Assembly (NCBI RefSeq): GCF_058153355.1
Contig: NZ_CM177019.1
Direction: 5' to 3' (one strand)
Length of the DNA stretch: 64,000 nt
Shown: positions 46,279 through 58,211 of the stretch, one piece after another
Position numbering within the stretch: the stretch's first letter is position 1
Layout: every line of letters begins with the position of its first letter
Program-made: the position numbers and the translations under genes
Notes under the pieces: model-generated
Told to the model about the DNA's origin: nothing
The model's input: only the letters and a program-made list of their open reading frames with translations
Databases searched by the model: none

Positions 46279-48084
46279 ATGACGACACAGGTCCCACCTT
46301 CCGCGTTGCTTCCGTTGAACCCGGAGCAACTGGCACGCCTTCAGGCGGCCACGACCGATTTAACTCCCACCCAGCTTGCCTGGGTTTCTGGCTATTTCTG
46401 GGGCGTGCTCAACCAACAGCCTGCTGCGCTTACAGCGACGCCAGCGCCCGCCCCCGCCGCAGAAATGCCGGGTATAACTATTATCTCCGCTTCGCAAACC
46501 GGCAATGCGCGCCGGGTTGCTGAAACATTACGCGATGATTTATTAGCGGCAAAACTGAACGTTAAGCTGGTGAACGCGGGCGACTATAAATTCAAACAAA
46601 TCGCCAGCGAAAAACTGCTCATCGTGGTGACGTCAACGCAAGGTGAAGGGGAACCGCCGGAGGAGGCCGTCGCGCTGCATAAGTTCCTGTTCTCCAAAAA
46701 AGCGCCGAAGCTGGAAAACACCGCGTTTGCCGTGTTTAGTCTCGGCGATAGCTCTTATGAATTTTTCTGCCAGTCCGGGAAAGATTTCGATAGCAAGCTG
46801 GCGGAACTGGGCGGTGAACGCCTGCTCGACCGTGTCGATGCCGACGTTGAATACCAGGCCGCTGCCAGCGAGTGGCGCGCCCGCGTAGTAGATGCTCTTA
46901 AATCGCGTTCGCCTGTCGCGGCACCTTCGCAATCCGTCGCTACTGGCGCGGTAAATGAAATCCACACCAGCCCGTACAGCAAAGACGCGCCGCTGGTGGC
47001 GAGCCTCTCTGTTAACCAGAAAATTACTGGGCGTAACTCTGAAAAAGACGTTCGCCATATCGAAATTGACCTGGGCGACTCTGGCCTGCGTTACCAGCCT
47101 GGCGATGCGCTGTGCGTCTGGTATCAGAACGATCCGGCGCTGGTGAAAGAACTTGTCGAATTGCTGTGGCTGAAAGGCGATGAACCTGTCACCGTCGAGG
47201 GCAAAACGTTGCCTCTGAACGAGGCCCTACAGTGGCACTTCGAACTGACCGTCAACACCTCCAACATCGTTGAGAACTACGCCACGCTAACCCGCAGTGA
47301 AACGCTGCTGCCGCTGGTGGGCGATAAATCGAAGTTACAGCATTACGCCGCGACGACGCCGATTGTCGATATGGTGCGTTTCTCTCCGGCACAGCTTGAC
47401 GCTGAAGCCCTGATTAACTTGCTGCGCCCGCTGACGCCGCGCCTGTATTCCATCGCCTCCTCGCAGGCGGAAGTCGAGAACGAAGTACACGTCACCGTTG
47501 GTGTCGTTCGTTATGACATTGAAGGCCGCGCCCGTGCCGGTGGTGCCTCCAGCTTCCTCGCGGACCGTGTGGAAGAAGAGGGCGAAGTCCGCGTATTTAT
47601 CGAACATAACGACAACTTCCGCCTGCCCGCTAACCCGGAAACGCCGGTGATTATGATTGGCCCAGGCACCGGCATCGCGCCTTTCCGCGCCTTTATGCAG
47701 CAACGCGCCGCTGACGAAGCGCCGGGCAAAAACTGGCTGTTCTTCGGCAACCCACACTTTACCGAAGATTTCCTCTACCAGGTGGAGTGGCAGCGCTATG
47801 TCAAAGAGGGCGTGCTGACACGTATCGATCTTGCCTGGTCGCGCGATCAAAAAGAAAAAATTTACGTACAAGACAAACTGCGCGAACAGGGCGCAGAGCT
47901 GTGGCGCTGGATCAATGACGGTGCCCACATTTATGTCTGCGGCGACGCTAATCGCATGGCGAAAGACGTTGAACAGGCACTTCTGGAAGTGATTGCCGAA
48001 TTTGGTGGCATGGACACCGAAGCGGCGGATGAATTTTTAAGTGAGCTGCGCGTAGAGCGCCGTTATCAGCGAGATGTCTACTAA
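46279..48084 (+). CDS. cysJ: sulfite reductase (NADPH) flavoprotein alpha subunit
   Basis: 601-aa ORF recognised as CysJ (flavodoxin plus FAD/NADPH domains). Confidence 0.96.
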   Translation: MTTQVPPSALLPLNPEQLARLQAATTDLTPTQLAWVSGYFWGVLNQQPAALTATPAPAPAAEMPGITIISASQTGNARRVAETLRDDLLAAKLNVKLVNAGDYKFKQIASEKLLIVVTSTQGEGEPPEEAVALHKFLFSKKAPKLENTAFAVFSLGDSSYEFFCQSGKDFDSKLAELGGERLLDRVDADVEYQAAASEWRARVVDALKSRSPVAAPSQSVATGAVNEIHTSPYSKDAPLVASLSVNQKITGRNSEKDVRHIEIDLGDSGLRYQPGDALCVWYQNDPALVKELVELLWLKGDEPVTVEGKTLPLNEALQWHFELTVNTSNIVENYATLTRSETLLPLVGDKSKLQHYAATTPIVDMVRFSPAQLDAEALINLLRPLTPRLYSIASSQAEVENEVHVTVGVVRYDIEGRARAGGASSFLADRVEEEGEVRVFIEHNDNFRLPANPETPVIMIGPGTGIAPFRAFMQQRAADEAPGKNWLFFGNPHFTEDFLYQVEWQRYVKEGVLTRIDLAWSRDQKEKIYVQDKLREQGAELWRWINDGAHIYVCGDANRMAKDVEQALLEVIAEFGGMDTEAADEFLSELRVERRYQRDVY

Positions 48085-49796
48085 TGAACGAAAAACATCC
48101 AGGGCCTTTAGTGGTCGCAGGAAAACTGACAGACGCCGAGCGCATGAAGCTTGAAAGCAACTACCTGCGCGGCACCATTGCGGAAGATTTAAACGACGGT
48201 CTGACCGGCGGCTTTAAGGGCGATAACTTTCTGCTGATCCGCTTCCACGGCATGTATCAGCAGGATGACCGCGACATTCGCGCCGAACGTGCTGAACAGA
48301 AGCTGGAGCCGCGCCACGCGATGCTGCTGCGTTGTCGTCTGCCGGGTGGGGTGATTACCACTAAACAGTGGCAGGCGATCGATAAATTTGCCGGTGAAAA
48401 CACCATTTATGGCAGCATTCGCCTGACCAACCGCCAGACGTTCCAGTTCCACGGCATTCTGAAAAAGAACGTCAAACCGGTGCACCAGATGCTGCACTCG
48501 GTCGGTCTTGATGCGCTGGCGACTGCTAACGACATGAACCGTAACGTACTCTGCACCTCGAACCCTTACGAGTCGCAGCTGCACGCGGAAGCCTATGAAT
48601 GGGCGAAGAAAATCTCTGAACATCTGCTGCCGCGTACCCGCGCCTACGCGGAGATCTGGCTCGATCAGGAGAAAGTCGCCACCACCGATGAAGAACCGAT
48701 CCTCGGTCAGACCTACCTGCCGCGTAAATTCAAAACCACGGTAGTGATCCCACCGCAGAACGATATCGATCTGCACGCCAACGACATGAACTTTGTGGCG
48801 ATCGCGGAAAACGGCAAGCTGGTGGGCTTCAACCTGCTGGTGGGCGGTGGGCTTTCTATCGAACACGGCAACAAGAAAACCTACGCCCGCACGGCGAGCG
48901 AGTTTGGCTATCTGCCACTGGAGCATACGCTGGCGGTGGCGGAAGCGGTCGTTACCACTCAGCGTGACTGGGGTAATCGTACTGACCGTAAAAACGCCAA
49001 AACCAAATACACGCTGGAGCGCGTGGGGGTTGAGACGTTTAAAGCAGAAGTGGAACGTCGCGCGGGGATCAAATTTGAGCCGATCCGTCCATATGAATTT
49101 ACCGGGCGCGGCGATCGTATCGGCTGGGTAAAAGGGATCGACGACAAATGGCACCTGACGCTGTTTATCGAAAATGGCCGAATTCTTGATTATCAGGGGC
49201 GTCCGCTGAAAACCGGCCTGCTGGAGATCGCGAAGATCCACAAAGGTGATTTCCGCATTACGGCGAACCAGAATCTGATCATCGCCGGTGTACCGGAAAG
49301 CGAGAAAGCGAAGATTGAGAAGATCGCCAAAGAGAGCGGATTGATGAATGCCGTCACGCCGCAGCGCGAAAATTCAATGGCCTGCGTGTCATTCCCGACT
49401 TGCCCGTTGGCGATGGCGGAAGCGGAGCGTTTCCTGCCGTCGTTTATCGATAACATCGATAATTTAATGGCGAAACATGGTGTCAGCGATGAGCACATCG
49501 TGATGCGTGTAACAGGCTGCCCGAACGGTTGTGGTCGCGCGATGCTGGCGGAAGTGGGCCTGGTGGGTAAAGCGCCGGGTCGCTACAACCTGCATCTTGG
49601 TGGCAACCGCATTGGGACACGTATCCCACTGATGCATAAAGAAAACATCACCGAGCCGGAAATCCTGGCGACGCTTGATGAACTGATAGGGCGCTGGGCG
49701 AAAGAACGTGAAGCGGGTGAAGGCTTCGGCGACTTTACGGTGCGTGCGGGCATCATTCGCCCGGTGCTCGATCCGGCGCGTGATTTGTGGGATTAA
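48084..49796 (+). CDS. cysI: sulfite reductase hemoprotein beta subunit
   Basis: 570-aa ORF recognised as CysI; start overlaps the cysJ stop. Confidence 0.96.
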   Translation: MNEKHPGPLVVAGKLTDAERMKLESNYLRGTIAEDLNDGLTGGFKGDNFLLIRFHGMYQQDDRDIRAERAEQKLEPRHAMLLRCRLPGGVITTKQWQAIDKFAGENTIYGSIRLTNRQTFQFHGILKKNVKPVHQMLHSVGLDALATANDMNRNVLCTSNPYESQLHAEAYEWAKKISEHLLPRTRAYAEIWLDQEKVATTDEEPILGQTYLPRKFKTTVVIPPQNDIDLHANDMNFVAIAENGKLVGFNLLVGGGLSIEHGNKKTYARTASEFGYLPLEHTLAVAEAVVTTQRDWGNRTDRKNAKTKYTLERVGVETFKAEVERRAGIKFEPIRPYEFTGRGDRIGWVKGIDDKWHLTLFIENGRILDYQGRPLKTGLLEIAKIHKGDFRITANQNLIIAGVPESEKAKIEKIAKESGLMNAVTPQRENSMACVSFPTCPLAMAEAERFLPSFIDNIDNLMAKHGVSDEHIVMRVTGCPNGCGRAMLAEVGLVGKAPGRYNLHLGGNRIGTRIPLMHKENITEPEILATLDELIGRWAKEREAGEGFGDFTVRAGIIRPVLDPARDLWD

Positions 49797-49816
49797 CCAT
49801 CAGTCCAGTCTTGTAG

Positions 49817-49848
49817 GCCTGATAAGACGCGTAAGCGTCGCATCAGGC
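49817..49848. repeat. REP palindrome between cysI and cysH
   Basis: GCCTGATAAGACGCGTAAGCGTCGCATCAGGC. Confidence 0.75.
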
Positions 49849-49869
49849 AAGGCAAACAGTGAGGAATCT

Positions 49870-50604
49870 ATGTCCAAACTCGATCTAAATGCCCTGAACG
49901 AACTGCCGAAGGTAGATCGCATTCTGGCGCTGGCGGAAACTAACGCCGAGCTTGAAAAACTGGATGCTGAAGGCCGCGTTGCCTGGGCGCTGGATAATCT
50001 GCCCGGTGAATATGTGCTTTCTTCCAGCTTCGGTATCCAGGCGGCGGTTAGCCTGCATCTGGTGAATCAGATTCGCCCGGATATTCCGGTGATCCTCACC
50101 GATACCGGTTATCTGTTTCCGGAAACCTACCGCTTTATTGACGAGTTAACGGACAAACTCAAGCTCAACCTGAAAGTGTACCGCGCTACCGAAAGCGCCG
50201 CCTGGCAGGAAGCACGCTACGGCAAACTGTGGGAGCAGGGCGTTGAAGGCATTGAAAAGTACAACGATATCAACAAAGTCGAACCGATGAACCGGGCGCT
50301 GAAAGAACTGAACGCACAAACGTGGTTTGCTGGCCTGCGCCGTGAACAATCCGGCAGCCGCGCTAATTTACCGGTGTTGGCAATTCAGCGTGGCGTATTT
50401 AAAGTGCTGCCGATTATCGACTGGGATAACCGAACTATTTATCAGTATCTGCAAAAACATGGCCTGAAATATCACCCATTATGGGACGAAGGATATTTAT
50501 CGGTTGGTGATACCCATACAACCCGTAAATGGGAACCTGGTATGGCGGAAGAAGAAACGCGTTTCTTTGGCTTAAAAAGGGAATGTGGGCTGCACGAAGG
50601 GTAA
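49870..50604 (+). CDS. cysH: phosphoadenosine phosphosulfate reductase
   Basis: ORF 49708-50604 trimmed to [10 protein letters not shown]... (244 aa) with GAGGAA Shine-Dalgarno. Confidence 0.95.
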   Translation: MSKLDLNALNELPKVDRILALAETNAELEKLDAEGRVAWALDNLPGEYVLSSSFGIQAAVSLHLVNQIRPDIPVILTDTGYLFPETYRFIDELTDKLKLNLKVYRATESAAWQEARYGKLWEQGVEGIEKYNDINKVEPMNRALKELNAQTWFAGLRREQSGSRANLPVLAIQRGVFKVLPIIDWDNRTIYQYLQKHGLKYHPLWDEGYLSVGDTHTTRKWEPGMAEEETRFFGLKRECGLHEG

Positions 50605-50868
50605 ATATTGCCGGATAAAATAAACGCCTCTGTCAGAAATGATGGGGGCGTTTTTATTTTGCGAGCCGCATTCCGGCATTTAAACGTGAATATAGCAGGG
50701 GAAATCAACAGTTATAGAATGGCGTCGGGTGCTTGAGGCTGTCTGGTGTTGAGCATTCGCGAGGTTCCAGATGGACAAAAGCCCCAGGCGATATATCTAT
50801 CAACCTGAGGCTTACGTTCGAACCCAAACAATTCGAATGTTAGTCTCTTCTTTGCAGGGAGGCAAGAC

Positions 50869-51021
50869 ATGCTGACAAAATATGCCCTTGTGGCAATCAT
50901 CGTACTGTGTTGTACAGTACTGGGATTCACGCTGATGGTAGGCGACTCGTTGTGTGAGTTGAGTATCAGAGAACGTGGTATGGAGTTTAAGGCAGTTCTC
51001 GCTTACGAACCGAAGAAGTAG
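50869..51021 (+). CDS. hokX: Hok/Gef-family small membrane toxin (50 aa)
   Basis: Not in the ORF track (under 60 aa). Translation [50 protein letters not shown] shows the Hok pattern (N-terminal TM helix, conserved LCE...R..G..E..A...AYE). Followed by GC hairpin CGCGGGGGTAAAACCCCGCG and a T-run. Locus name from my recollection of hokX/sokX between cysH and cas3 in K-12. Confidence 0.7.
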   Translation: MLTKYALVAIIVLCCTVLGFTLMVGDSLCELSIRERGMEFKAVLAYEPKK

Positions 51022-51259
51022 CCACCACGCGGGGGTAAAACCCCGCGTATTGAATTGTGATGGTTTGGTCTCCTGCACCCTTTTTTTCATTTATATTGTT
51101 TTTGTGAATATTATGCCTGTGTTTATTATTTATATATATCACAGATGAAAATCATTGAATTATTCATAATGTAAATATTTTATTGAACGATATATATCAC
51201 AGATAATTTTTAATATATGCGTAAATATCCTTTAAGTTTTACTGAAGGATAAAAACATT

Positions 51260-52911
51260 GTGACTTTCTTTGATTTCTGGGGAAAAACCCGACGTGGCGA
51301 GAAAGAGGGTGGCGACGATTATCACCTTCTTTGCTGGCATTCGCTGGATGTAGCCGCGATAGGCTATTTAATGGTCAAAAACAACTGTTTCGGGCTGGCT
51401 GACTATTTTCGTCAATTAGGTTTCGCTGACACGGATCAGGCAGCACAATTTTTCGCCTGGTTGTTGTGCTGGCACGATACTGGAAAATTTGCCCGCTCAT
51501 TTCAGCAACTTTACCTGCACCCACAACTCAAGGTTCCGGAAGGCGCAAGAAAGAATTACGAAAAGATCTCTCATTCAACGCTGGGTTACTGGTTGTGGCA
51601 TCATTATTTAATTGAATGTGAAGAGTTGCTTCCTTCATCTTCACTCTCTTTGCGCAAACTTAAACGGGTAATAGATATGTGGATGCCCGTGACGACCGGG
51701 CATCATGGTCGGCCTCCTGACCGTATCGATGAACTGGACAACTTTCTACCTGAAGACAAAGCTGCCGCACGAGATTTTCTCCTTGAAATCAAGGTACTGT
51801 TTCCGCTCATCGAGATCCCTACATTCTGGGATGATGACGAGGGCGTTGAACTTATAAAACATCTTTCCTGGTATATATCTGCAACCGTCGTACTCGCAGA
51901 CTGGACGGGATCGTCAACGCGGTTTTTTCCACGCGTCGCACATGTAATGGATATTAAAGATTACTGGCAGAATGCTTTAGCTCAGGCTCAAAACGCATTA
52001 ACCGTCTTTCCTCCAAAAGCAGAAACCGCACCTTTCACTGGAATTAACACGCTGTTTCCTTTTATTGAGAACCCAACACCGTTACAGCAAAAGGTGCTGG
52101 ATCTGGATATCAGCCAGCCAGGACCGCAGTTGTTTATTCTGGAAGATGTGACTGGCGCAGGTAAAACAGAAGCGGCGCTTATCTTGGCGCACAGGTTGAT
52201 GTCTGCGGGGAAAGCACAGGGTTTGTTTTTTGGCCTGCCAACAATGGCAACGGCCAATGCCATGTACGATAGGCTGGTAAAAACCTAGCTTGCTTTCTAT
52301 TCGCCACAATCCCGCCCCAGCCTGGTGCTGGCACACAGCGCTCGTTCGCTAATGGATCGCTTTAACGCATCGCTGTGGTCTGGTGATTTTGTGGGGTCAG
52401 AAGAACCGGATGAACAAGCGTTCAGTCAGGGATGTGCGGCCTGGTTTGCTGACAGTAACAAGAAGGCGTTGCTGGCTGAAATTGGCGTCGGCACGCTGGA
52501 TCAGGCGATGATGGCGGTGATGCCGTTCAAACATAATAATCTGCGGCTTCTGGGGCTGAGTAACAAAATCCTGCTAGCCGATGAGATCCACGCCTGTGAC
52601 GCTTATATGTCGTGCATTCTTGAAGGGCTGATCGAGCGGCAGGCGCGTGGCGGAAACAGCGTTATTTTGCTTTCTGCTACGTTGTCTCAACAGCAGCGTG
52701 ACAAACTCGTCGCCGCCTTTGCGCGTGGTGCAGAGGGCCAGCAAGAAGCTCCGTTGCTGGAAAAAGATGATTATCCCTGGCTGACGCATGTCACGAAATC
52801 CGATGTGCATTCGCACCGGGTAGCGACGCGCAAAGACGTTGAGCGCAGCGTGAGTGTGGGTTGGCTTCATAGCGAACAAGAGTGTATTGCGCGTATCGAA
52901 TCGGCGGTAAG
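51260..52911 (+). pseudogene. cas3: cas3 remnant (type I-E HD nuclease/helicase), in-frame TAG at 52286-52288 and 3' truncated at about codon 550
   Basis: Track ORFs 51260-52288 and 52325-52936 are in the same frame, separated by one amber codon; HD motif region (LLCWHSLDVAAIGY...HDTGKF) and Walker A (DVTGAGKTEA) present; reading frame runs directly into CRISPR repeat 1. Confidence 0.85.
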
Positions 52912-53062
52912 GTGTTCCCCGCGCCAGCGGGGATAAACCGTCGACAATGGATAAGTTGACTTCAGGTCTGGGGAGTTCCCCGCGCTAGCGGGAATAAACC
53001 GTGCAGTACGCCTGATGACAAACCAAGCATCGGGAGTTCCCCCGCGTCAGCGGGGGAACTCC
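52912..53062 (+). CRISPR. orphan type I-E CRISPR mini-array (3 repeats, 2 spacers)
   Basis: Repeat 1 52912-52940 GTGTTCCCCGCGCCAGCGGGGATAAACCG; spacer 52941-52972; repeat 2 52973-53001 (2 mismatches); spacer 53002-53033; degenerate terminal repeat from 53034. Spacers are 32 bp; repeat matches the E. coli I-E consensus. Confidence 0.9.
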
Positions 53063-53083
53063 CAGCTCCCATTTTCAAACGCC

Positions 53084-54121
53084 TCATGACGCCTTCGCCA
53101 GTTCCTTCACTAGCGGTAGCATTATCCGCATAACGTCACGGCAGCGACGTTCTATTCTTCCAGGAAGCGCCTTATCAATATGCTGTTGATTATCAAGCCT
53201 TACATCATGCCAGCTATTTCCCGCCGGGAAGGCCGGTGTTTTTGCGCGTTGCTGATAACCATCCTTATTTCCAAGATTCCAGTTGGTCGCCTCCACCGAA
53301 AGTACCGCAATACCGGCTTTGTCGAAAACTTCTGCATCGTTACAACACCCAGTGCCTTTCGGATAGTTTTTATTCAAACCTGGATTTGTTGTCGCTGCAA
53401 TCCCATGATTATGCGCAATTGCCAGCGCTCGATCACGGGTTAATTTCCTGACAGCCTCTGGTGTATTTACACCACTATTAAAATACAATTTATCGCCAAC
53501 AATTAAGTTATCGAGATTAATCACCAGCAGCGTATTTTTCTTTTCAGTATCGCTCATGCGCTTGAGTAAATTCTCAGCGCCTAATTTCCCTTCTTCTTCT
53601 CCACTGGTTGCCACAAAACGAATACCATACTCGGTAGGCGTATTTTTCAGACGTTCAGCCAGTTCCAGCATGACACCTAAACCTGCGGCGTTATCATCCA
53701 TTCCTTGTAATGTCAGCCCGCCGAGATTGGCATCGGCGTCGGCATCGCTCAGTGGAGCGTACGTATCAAGATGCGCCATAATAATGATCTGCTGCGGCGC
53801 TTTGCCTTCATGAGCGGCAATCACCGTACTTCCCGTCACGTTGTGCCAGTTTTTGCGGTTATCGCGGGCGGTGTAAATATATCGGCTATTAAATGTCCGA
53901 ATATCACTGCGATAACCCATCTGTTGAAACTGTTGGCGAATATAATCGGCAGATAACATTTCTGCAGGAGTTCCGGTCATGCGTCCCGGAAAGAAAGTAG
54001 CAATATGTCGTGCCTGTGTATTAGCAAAATCACCAGGTTTAGGTGACGAGGCGTGTACGGGGAGAATAAAGCATACGCCGAGCGCCAGGGCAGCGGTACG
54101 GTGGCGCAATGCGGAAAACAT
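53084..54121 (-). CDS. iap: alkaline phosphatase isozyme conversion aminopeptidase
   Basis: 345-aa ORF with signal peptide, recognised as Iap (M28 peptidase). Confidence 0.92.
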   Translation of the reverse strand: MFSALRHRTAALALGVCFILPVHASSPKPGDFANTQARHIATFFPGRMTGTPAEMLSADYIRQQFQQMGYRSDIRTFNSRYIYTARDNRKNWHNVTGSTVIAAHEGKAPQQIIIMAHLDTYAPLSDADADANLGGLTLQGMDDNAAGLGVMLELAERLKNTPTEYGIRFVATSGEEEGKLGAENLLKRMSDTEKKNTLLVINLDNLIVGDKLYFNSGVNTPEAVRKLTRDRALAIAHNHGIAATTNPGLNKNYPKGTGCCNDAEVFDKAGIAVLSVEATNWNLGNKDGYQQRAKTPAFPAGNSWHDVRLDNQQHIDKALPGRIERRCRDVMRIMLPLVKELAKAS

Positions 54122-54372
54122 AGTGAGTCCTTAAATACCATGCAAATTTTTTTACCGCCATAGTATGAAACTGCCGCTGCGCTAAAACAATTTCAAATCT
54201 TCCTAAACGCCCGAAATCCGGTGCCTTAAGCACTTTTTGATATTAGCTTTGCCAAATCGTTATTCCGTTAAGGAACTACTCATTCTAATTGGTAATTTCA
54301 TTCGTTCTCTTACGCTCCCTATAGTCGAAACATCTGATGGCAAGAAAATAGCGGTATTGCAAAGGAACGGTT

Positions 54373-55281
54373 ATGGATCAAAAACGACTTACTCACCTGC
54401 GGCAACTGGAGGCGGAAAGCATCCACATTATTCGCGAGGTGGCGGCAGAATTCTCAAATCCGGTGATGCTCTACTCTATCGGTAAAGATTCCAGCGTCAT
54501 GCTGCATCTGGCGCGCAAGGCGTTTTATCCGGGTACGCTGCCTTTCCCTCTGCTGCATGTTGATACTGGCTGGAAATTCCGCGAGATGTATGAGTTTCGC
54601 GATCGTACGGCTAAAGCCTATGGCTGCGAGTTGCTGGTGCATAAAAACCCGGAAGGCGTGGCGATGGGGATTAATCCATTCGTACACGGCAGCGCAAAAC
54701 ATACCGATATTATGAAAACCGAAGGTTTGAAGCAGGCGTTGAACAAGTACGGTTTTGATGCCGCCTTCGGTGGCGCACGTCGTGACGAAGAGAAATCCCG
54801 CGCTAAAGAGCGTATCTACTCTTTCCGTGATCGCTTCCATCGCTGGGACCCGAAAAATCAGCGCCCGGAACTGTGGCACAACTACAACGGGCAAATTAAC
54901 AAAGGCGAAAGTATTCGTGTCTTCCCGCTCTCTAACTGGACCGAGCAGGATATCTGGCAATACATCTGGCTGGAAAATATTGACATTGTCCCACTGTATC
55001 TCGCCGCTGAACGTCCGGTTCTGGAACGCGACGGTATGTTGATGATGATTGATGACAACCGTATCGACCTGCAACCGGGCGAAGTGATTAAAAAACGGAT
55101 GGTGCGTTTCCGTACGCTGGGCTGCTGGCCGCTGACCGGCGCGGTGGAGTCAAATGCGCAAACACTGCCGGAAATCATCGAAGAGATGCTGGTTTCCACC
55201 ACTAGTGAACGTCAGGGGCGCGTGATTGACCGCGACCAGGCGGGATCCATGGAGCTGAAAAAACGTCAGGGGTATTTTTAA
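54373..55281 (+). CDS. cysD: sulfate adenylyltransferase subunit 2
   Basis: 302-aa ORF recognised as CysD. Confidence 0.96.
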   Translation: MDQKRLTHLRQLEAESIHIIREVAAEFSNPVMLYSIGKDSSVMLHLARKAFYPGTLPFPLLHVDTGWKFREMYEFRDRTAKAYGCELLVHKNPEGVAMGINPFVHGSAKHTDIMKTEGLKQALNKYGFDAAFGGARRDEEKSRAKERIYSFRDRFHRWDPKNQRPELWHNYNGQINKGESIRVFPLSNWTEQDIWQYIWLENIDIVPLYLAAERPVLERDGMLMMIDDNRIDLQPGEVIKKRMVRFRTLGCWPLTGAVESNAQTLPEIIEEMLVSTTSERQGRVIDRDQAGSMELKKRQGYF

Positions 55282-55282
55282 G

Positions 55283-56710
55283 ATGAACACCGTACTTGCA
55301 CAACAAATCGCCAACGAAGGCGGCGTCGAAGCCTGGATGATTGCGCAACAACATAAAAGCCTGCTGCGTTTTCTGACCTGTGGTAGCGTCGATGACGGCA
55401 AAAGTACCCTGATTGGTCGCCTGCTGCACGATACCCGCCAAATCTACGAAGATCAGCTCTCATCACTGCATAACGACAGTAAACGTCACGGCACCCAGGG
55501 CGAAAAACTGGATCTGGCCCTGCTGGTGGACGGCCTGCAAGCTGAGCGTGAACAGGGCATCACCATTGATGTGGCTTACCGCTATTTCTCCACCGAGAAG
55601 CGTAAATTTATCATTGCCGACACTCCCGGGCACGAGCAGTACACCCGCAATATGGCGACTGGCGCATCGACATGCGAACTGGCGATCTTACTGATCGATG
55701 CCCGTAAAGGCGTGCTCGATCAAACCCGTCGTCACAGTTTTATCTCCACGCTGTTGGGTATCAAACATCTGGTCGTGGCGATCAACAAAATGGATCTGGT
55801 GGGTTACAGCGAAGAGACGTTCACCCGCATTCGTGAAGATTATCTGACCTTTGCCGGGCAGCTGCCGGGTAATCTGGATATCCGCTTTGTGCCGCTCTCC
55901 GCACTGGAAGGCGACAACGTGGCTTCGCAAAGTGAAAGTATGCCGTGGTACAGCGGTCCGACACTGCTCGAAGTGCTGGAAACCGTGGAAATCCAGCGAG
56001 TGGTGGATGCTCAGCCAATGCGCTTTCCGGTGCAGTACGTTAACCGCCCGAATCTCGATTTTCGTGGCTACGCCGGAACGCTGGCATCCGGTCGCGTGGA
56101 AGTCGGGCAACGTGTCAAAGTGCTGCCCTCTGGTGTGGAATCAAACGTCGCGCGGATCGTGACCTTTGATGGCGATCGCGAAGAAGCCTTTGCCGGAGAA
56201 GCGATCACCCTGGTGCTGACGGATGAGATCGACATCAGCCGTGGCGATCTGCTGCTGGCGGCAGACGAAGCGTTACCGGCAGTGCAGAGCGCGTCGGTGG
56301 ATGTGGTGTGGATGGCGGAACAGCCGCTTTCCCCTGGACAAAGCTACGACATCAAAATTGCCGGTAAGAAGACGCGTGCCCGTGTTGATAGTATTCGCTA
56401 TCAGGTTGATATTAATAACCTTACTCAACACGAAGTTGAAAATCTGCCGCTAAACGGCATTGGTTTGGTGGATCTCACTTTTGACGAGCCGCTGGTGTTA
56501 GATCGTTATCAGCAAAACCCGGTTACTGGTGGTCTGATTTTTATCGATCGCCTGAGCAATGTGACCGTGGGTGCCGGTATGGTGCACGAGCCAGTTAGCC
56601 AGGCTACTGCTGTGCCATCTGAATTCAGTGCATTCGAACTGGAATTGAATGCCCTGGTCCGTCGTCATTTCCCGCACTGGGGCGCTCGCGATTTACGGGG
56701 AGATAAATAA
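55283..56710 (+). CDS. cysN: sulfate adenylyltransferase subunit 1 (GTPase)
   Basis: 475-aa ORF; GTPase motifs ([21 protein letters not shown]). Confidence 0.96.
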   Translation: MNTVLAQQIANEGGVEAWMIAQQHKSLLRFLTCGSVDDGKSTLIGRLLHDTRQIYEDQLSSLHNDSKRHGTQGEKLDLALLVDGLQAEREQGITIDVAYRYFSTEKRKFIIADTPGHEQYTRNMATGASTCELAILLIDARKGVLDQTRRHSFISTLLGIKHLVVAINKMDLVGYSEETFTRIREDYLTFAGQLPGNLDIRFVPLSALEGDNVASQSESMPWYSGPTLLEVLETVEIQRVVDAQPMRFPVQYVNRPNLDFRGYAGTLASGRVEVGQRVKVLPSGVESNVARIVTFDGDREEAFAGEAITLVLTDEIDISRGDLLLAADEALPAVQSASVDVVWMAEQPLSPGQSYDIKIAGKKTRARVDSIRYQVDINNLTQHEVENLPLNGIGLVDLTFDEPLVLDRYQQNPVTGGLIFIDRLSNVTVGAGMVHEPVSQATAVPSEFSAFELELNALVRRHFPHWGARDLRGDK

Positions 56711-57315
56711 TGGCGCTGCATGACGAAAACGTCGTCTGGCATAGCCATCCGGTCACAGTGCAACAACGCGAGCAACACCACGGTCATCGTGGTGTTGTGT
56801 TGTGGTTTACCGGCCTATCCGGGTCCGGTAAATCCACGGTCGCCGGGGCGCTGGAGGAGGCGTTACATAAACTTGGCGTCAGTACGTATTTGCTGGATGG
56901 CGACAACGTTCGCCACGGATTATGCAGCGATCTCGGTTTTAGTGATGCCGATCGTAAAGAAAATATCCGTCGCGTCGGTGAAGTGGCGAATTTAATGGTT
57001 GAAGCTGGACTGGTGGTGCTGACCGCGTTTATCTCGCCACACCGCGCCGAACGCCAGATGGTTCGCGAACGCGTAGGAGAAGGGCGTTTTATCGAAGTGT
57101 TTGTCGATACGCCGCTGGCGATTTGCGAGGCCCGCGATCCAAAAGGCTTATATAAGAAAGCACGTGCCGGTGAACTGCGTAACTTTACGGGAATAGATTC
57201 CGTTTACGAAGCACCTGAATCGGCAGAAATTCATCTCAATGGTGAACAATTAGTAACAAATTTGGTACAGCAATTATTAGATCTGTTGAGACAGAACGAT
57301 ATTATCAGATCCTGA
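56710..57315 (+). CDS. cysC: adenylyl-sulfate kinase
   Basis: 201-aa ORF; P-loop GLSGSGKST. Confidence 0.96.
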   Translation: MALHDENVVWHSHPVTVQQREQHHGHRGVVLWFTGLSGSGKSTVAGALEEALHKLGVSTYLLDGDNVRHGLCSDLGFSDADRKENIRRVGEVANLMVEAGLVVLTAFISPHRAERQMVRERVGEGRFIEVFVDTPLAICEARDPKGLYKKARAGELRNFTGIDSVYEAPESAEIHLNGEQLVTNLVQQLLDLLRQNDIIRS

Positions 57316-57364
57316 GACACCACCGGGTTTCCATGCCCGGTCCGTCAAAGTTACAGGATCAAAT

Positions 57365-57688
57365 ATGCGTAATAGCCATAACATTACACTAACAAATAAC
57401 GACAGCCTTACTGAGGATGAAGAAACCACATGGTCACTGCCAGGTGCTGTGGTCGGTTTTGTCTCCTGGTTATTTGCGCTGGCGATGCCGATGTTGATTT
57501 ATGGCTCTAACACGCTGTTCTTCTTTATCTACACCTGGCCTTTCTTTCTGGCACTGATGCCTGTCGCGGTGGTGGTGGGGATTGCACTGCATTCATTGAT
57601 GGACGGAAAGCTACGCTACAGTATTGTTTTCACCCTGGTGACAGTCGGCATTATGTTTGGCGCACTGTTTATGTGGCTACTGGGCTAA
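57365..57688 (+). CDS. ygbE: DUF3561 inner-membrane protein
   Basis: 107-aa hydrophobic ORF in conserved position. Confidence 0.8.
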   Translation: MRNSHNITLTNNDSLTEDEETTWSLPGAVVGFVSWLFALAMPMLIYGSNTLFFFIYTWPFFLALMPVAVVVGIALHSLMDGKLRYSIVFTLVTVGIMFGALFMWLLG

Positions 57689-57881
57689 TTTGTACTTTCC
57701 CGTCTCCTCTGTTCATAATTCAAACCGTAACGAATAATGAGATTATGTTCTGCACGCCCTGGGTATACGTAACAATGGACAAATGTGGTACATTTGCCCG
57801 CGTTGTCGCGGTATCCCCAACAGAGGATGTAGAGTCGTCTTCGGATGCATGGGATGAAGATGCCGTTTTTCAGGGGGCAGG

Positions 57882-58193
57882 ATGGGTAAACTAACGCTGC
57901 TGTTGCTGGCTATTCTGGTCTGGCTACAGTATTCGCTGTGGTTCGGTAAGAACGGTATACATGACTATACCCGCGTCAATGATGATGTGGCGGCACAGCA
58001 AGCTACAAACGCGAAACTTAAAGCGCGAAACGATCAACTTTTTGCCGAAATTGACGATCTCAATGGCGGCCAGGAGGCGCTCGAAGAGCGTGCGCGTAAT
58101 GAACTCAGCATGACCAGGCCGGGCGAAACTTTTTATCGTCTGGTGCCTGACGCGTCGAAACGCGCACAGTCTGCGGGGCAAAACACTCGATAA
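57882..58193 (+). CDS. ftsB: cell division protein FtsB
   Basis: 103-aa ORF, TM plus coiled coil, recognised as FtsB. Confidence 0.93.
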   Translation: MGKLTLLLLAILVWLQYSLWFGKNGIHDYTRVNDDVAAQQATNAKLKARNDQLFAEIDDLNGGQEALEERARNELSMTRPGETFYRLVPDASKRAQSAGQNTR

Positions 58194-58211
58194 ATCAGCC
58201 CGGGAATTAAC

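Noticed and set aside
47335-47928. 197-aa minus-strand ORF
   Set aside because: Antisense to cysJ.
48189-49241. 350-aa minus-strand ORF
   Set aside because: Antisense to cysI; shadow ORF in a GC-rich coding region.
50712-51090. Minus-strand ORFs of 72 and 92 aa in the cysH-cas3 spacer
   Set aside because: They overlap the Hok-family ORF on the opposite strand in a region where an antisense Sok-type RNA, not a protein, is expected; no Shine-Dalgarno and no recognisable family.
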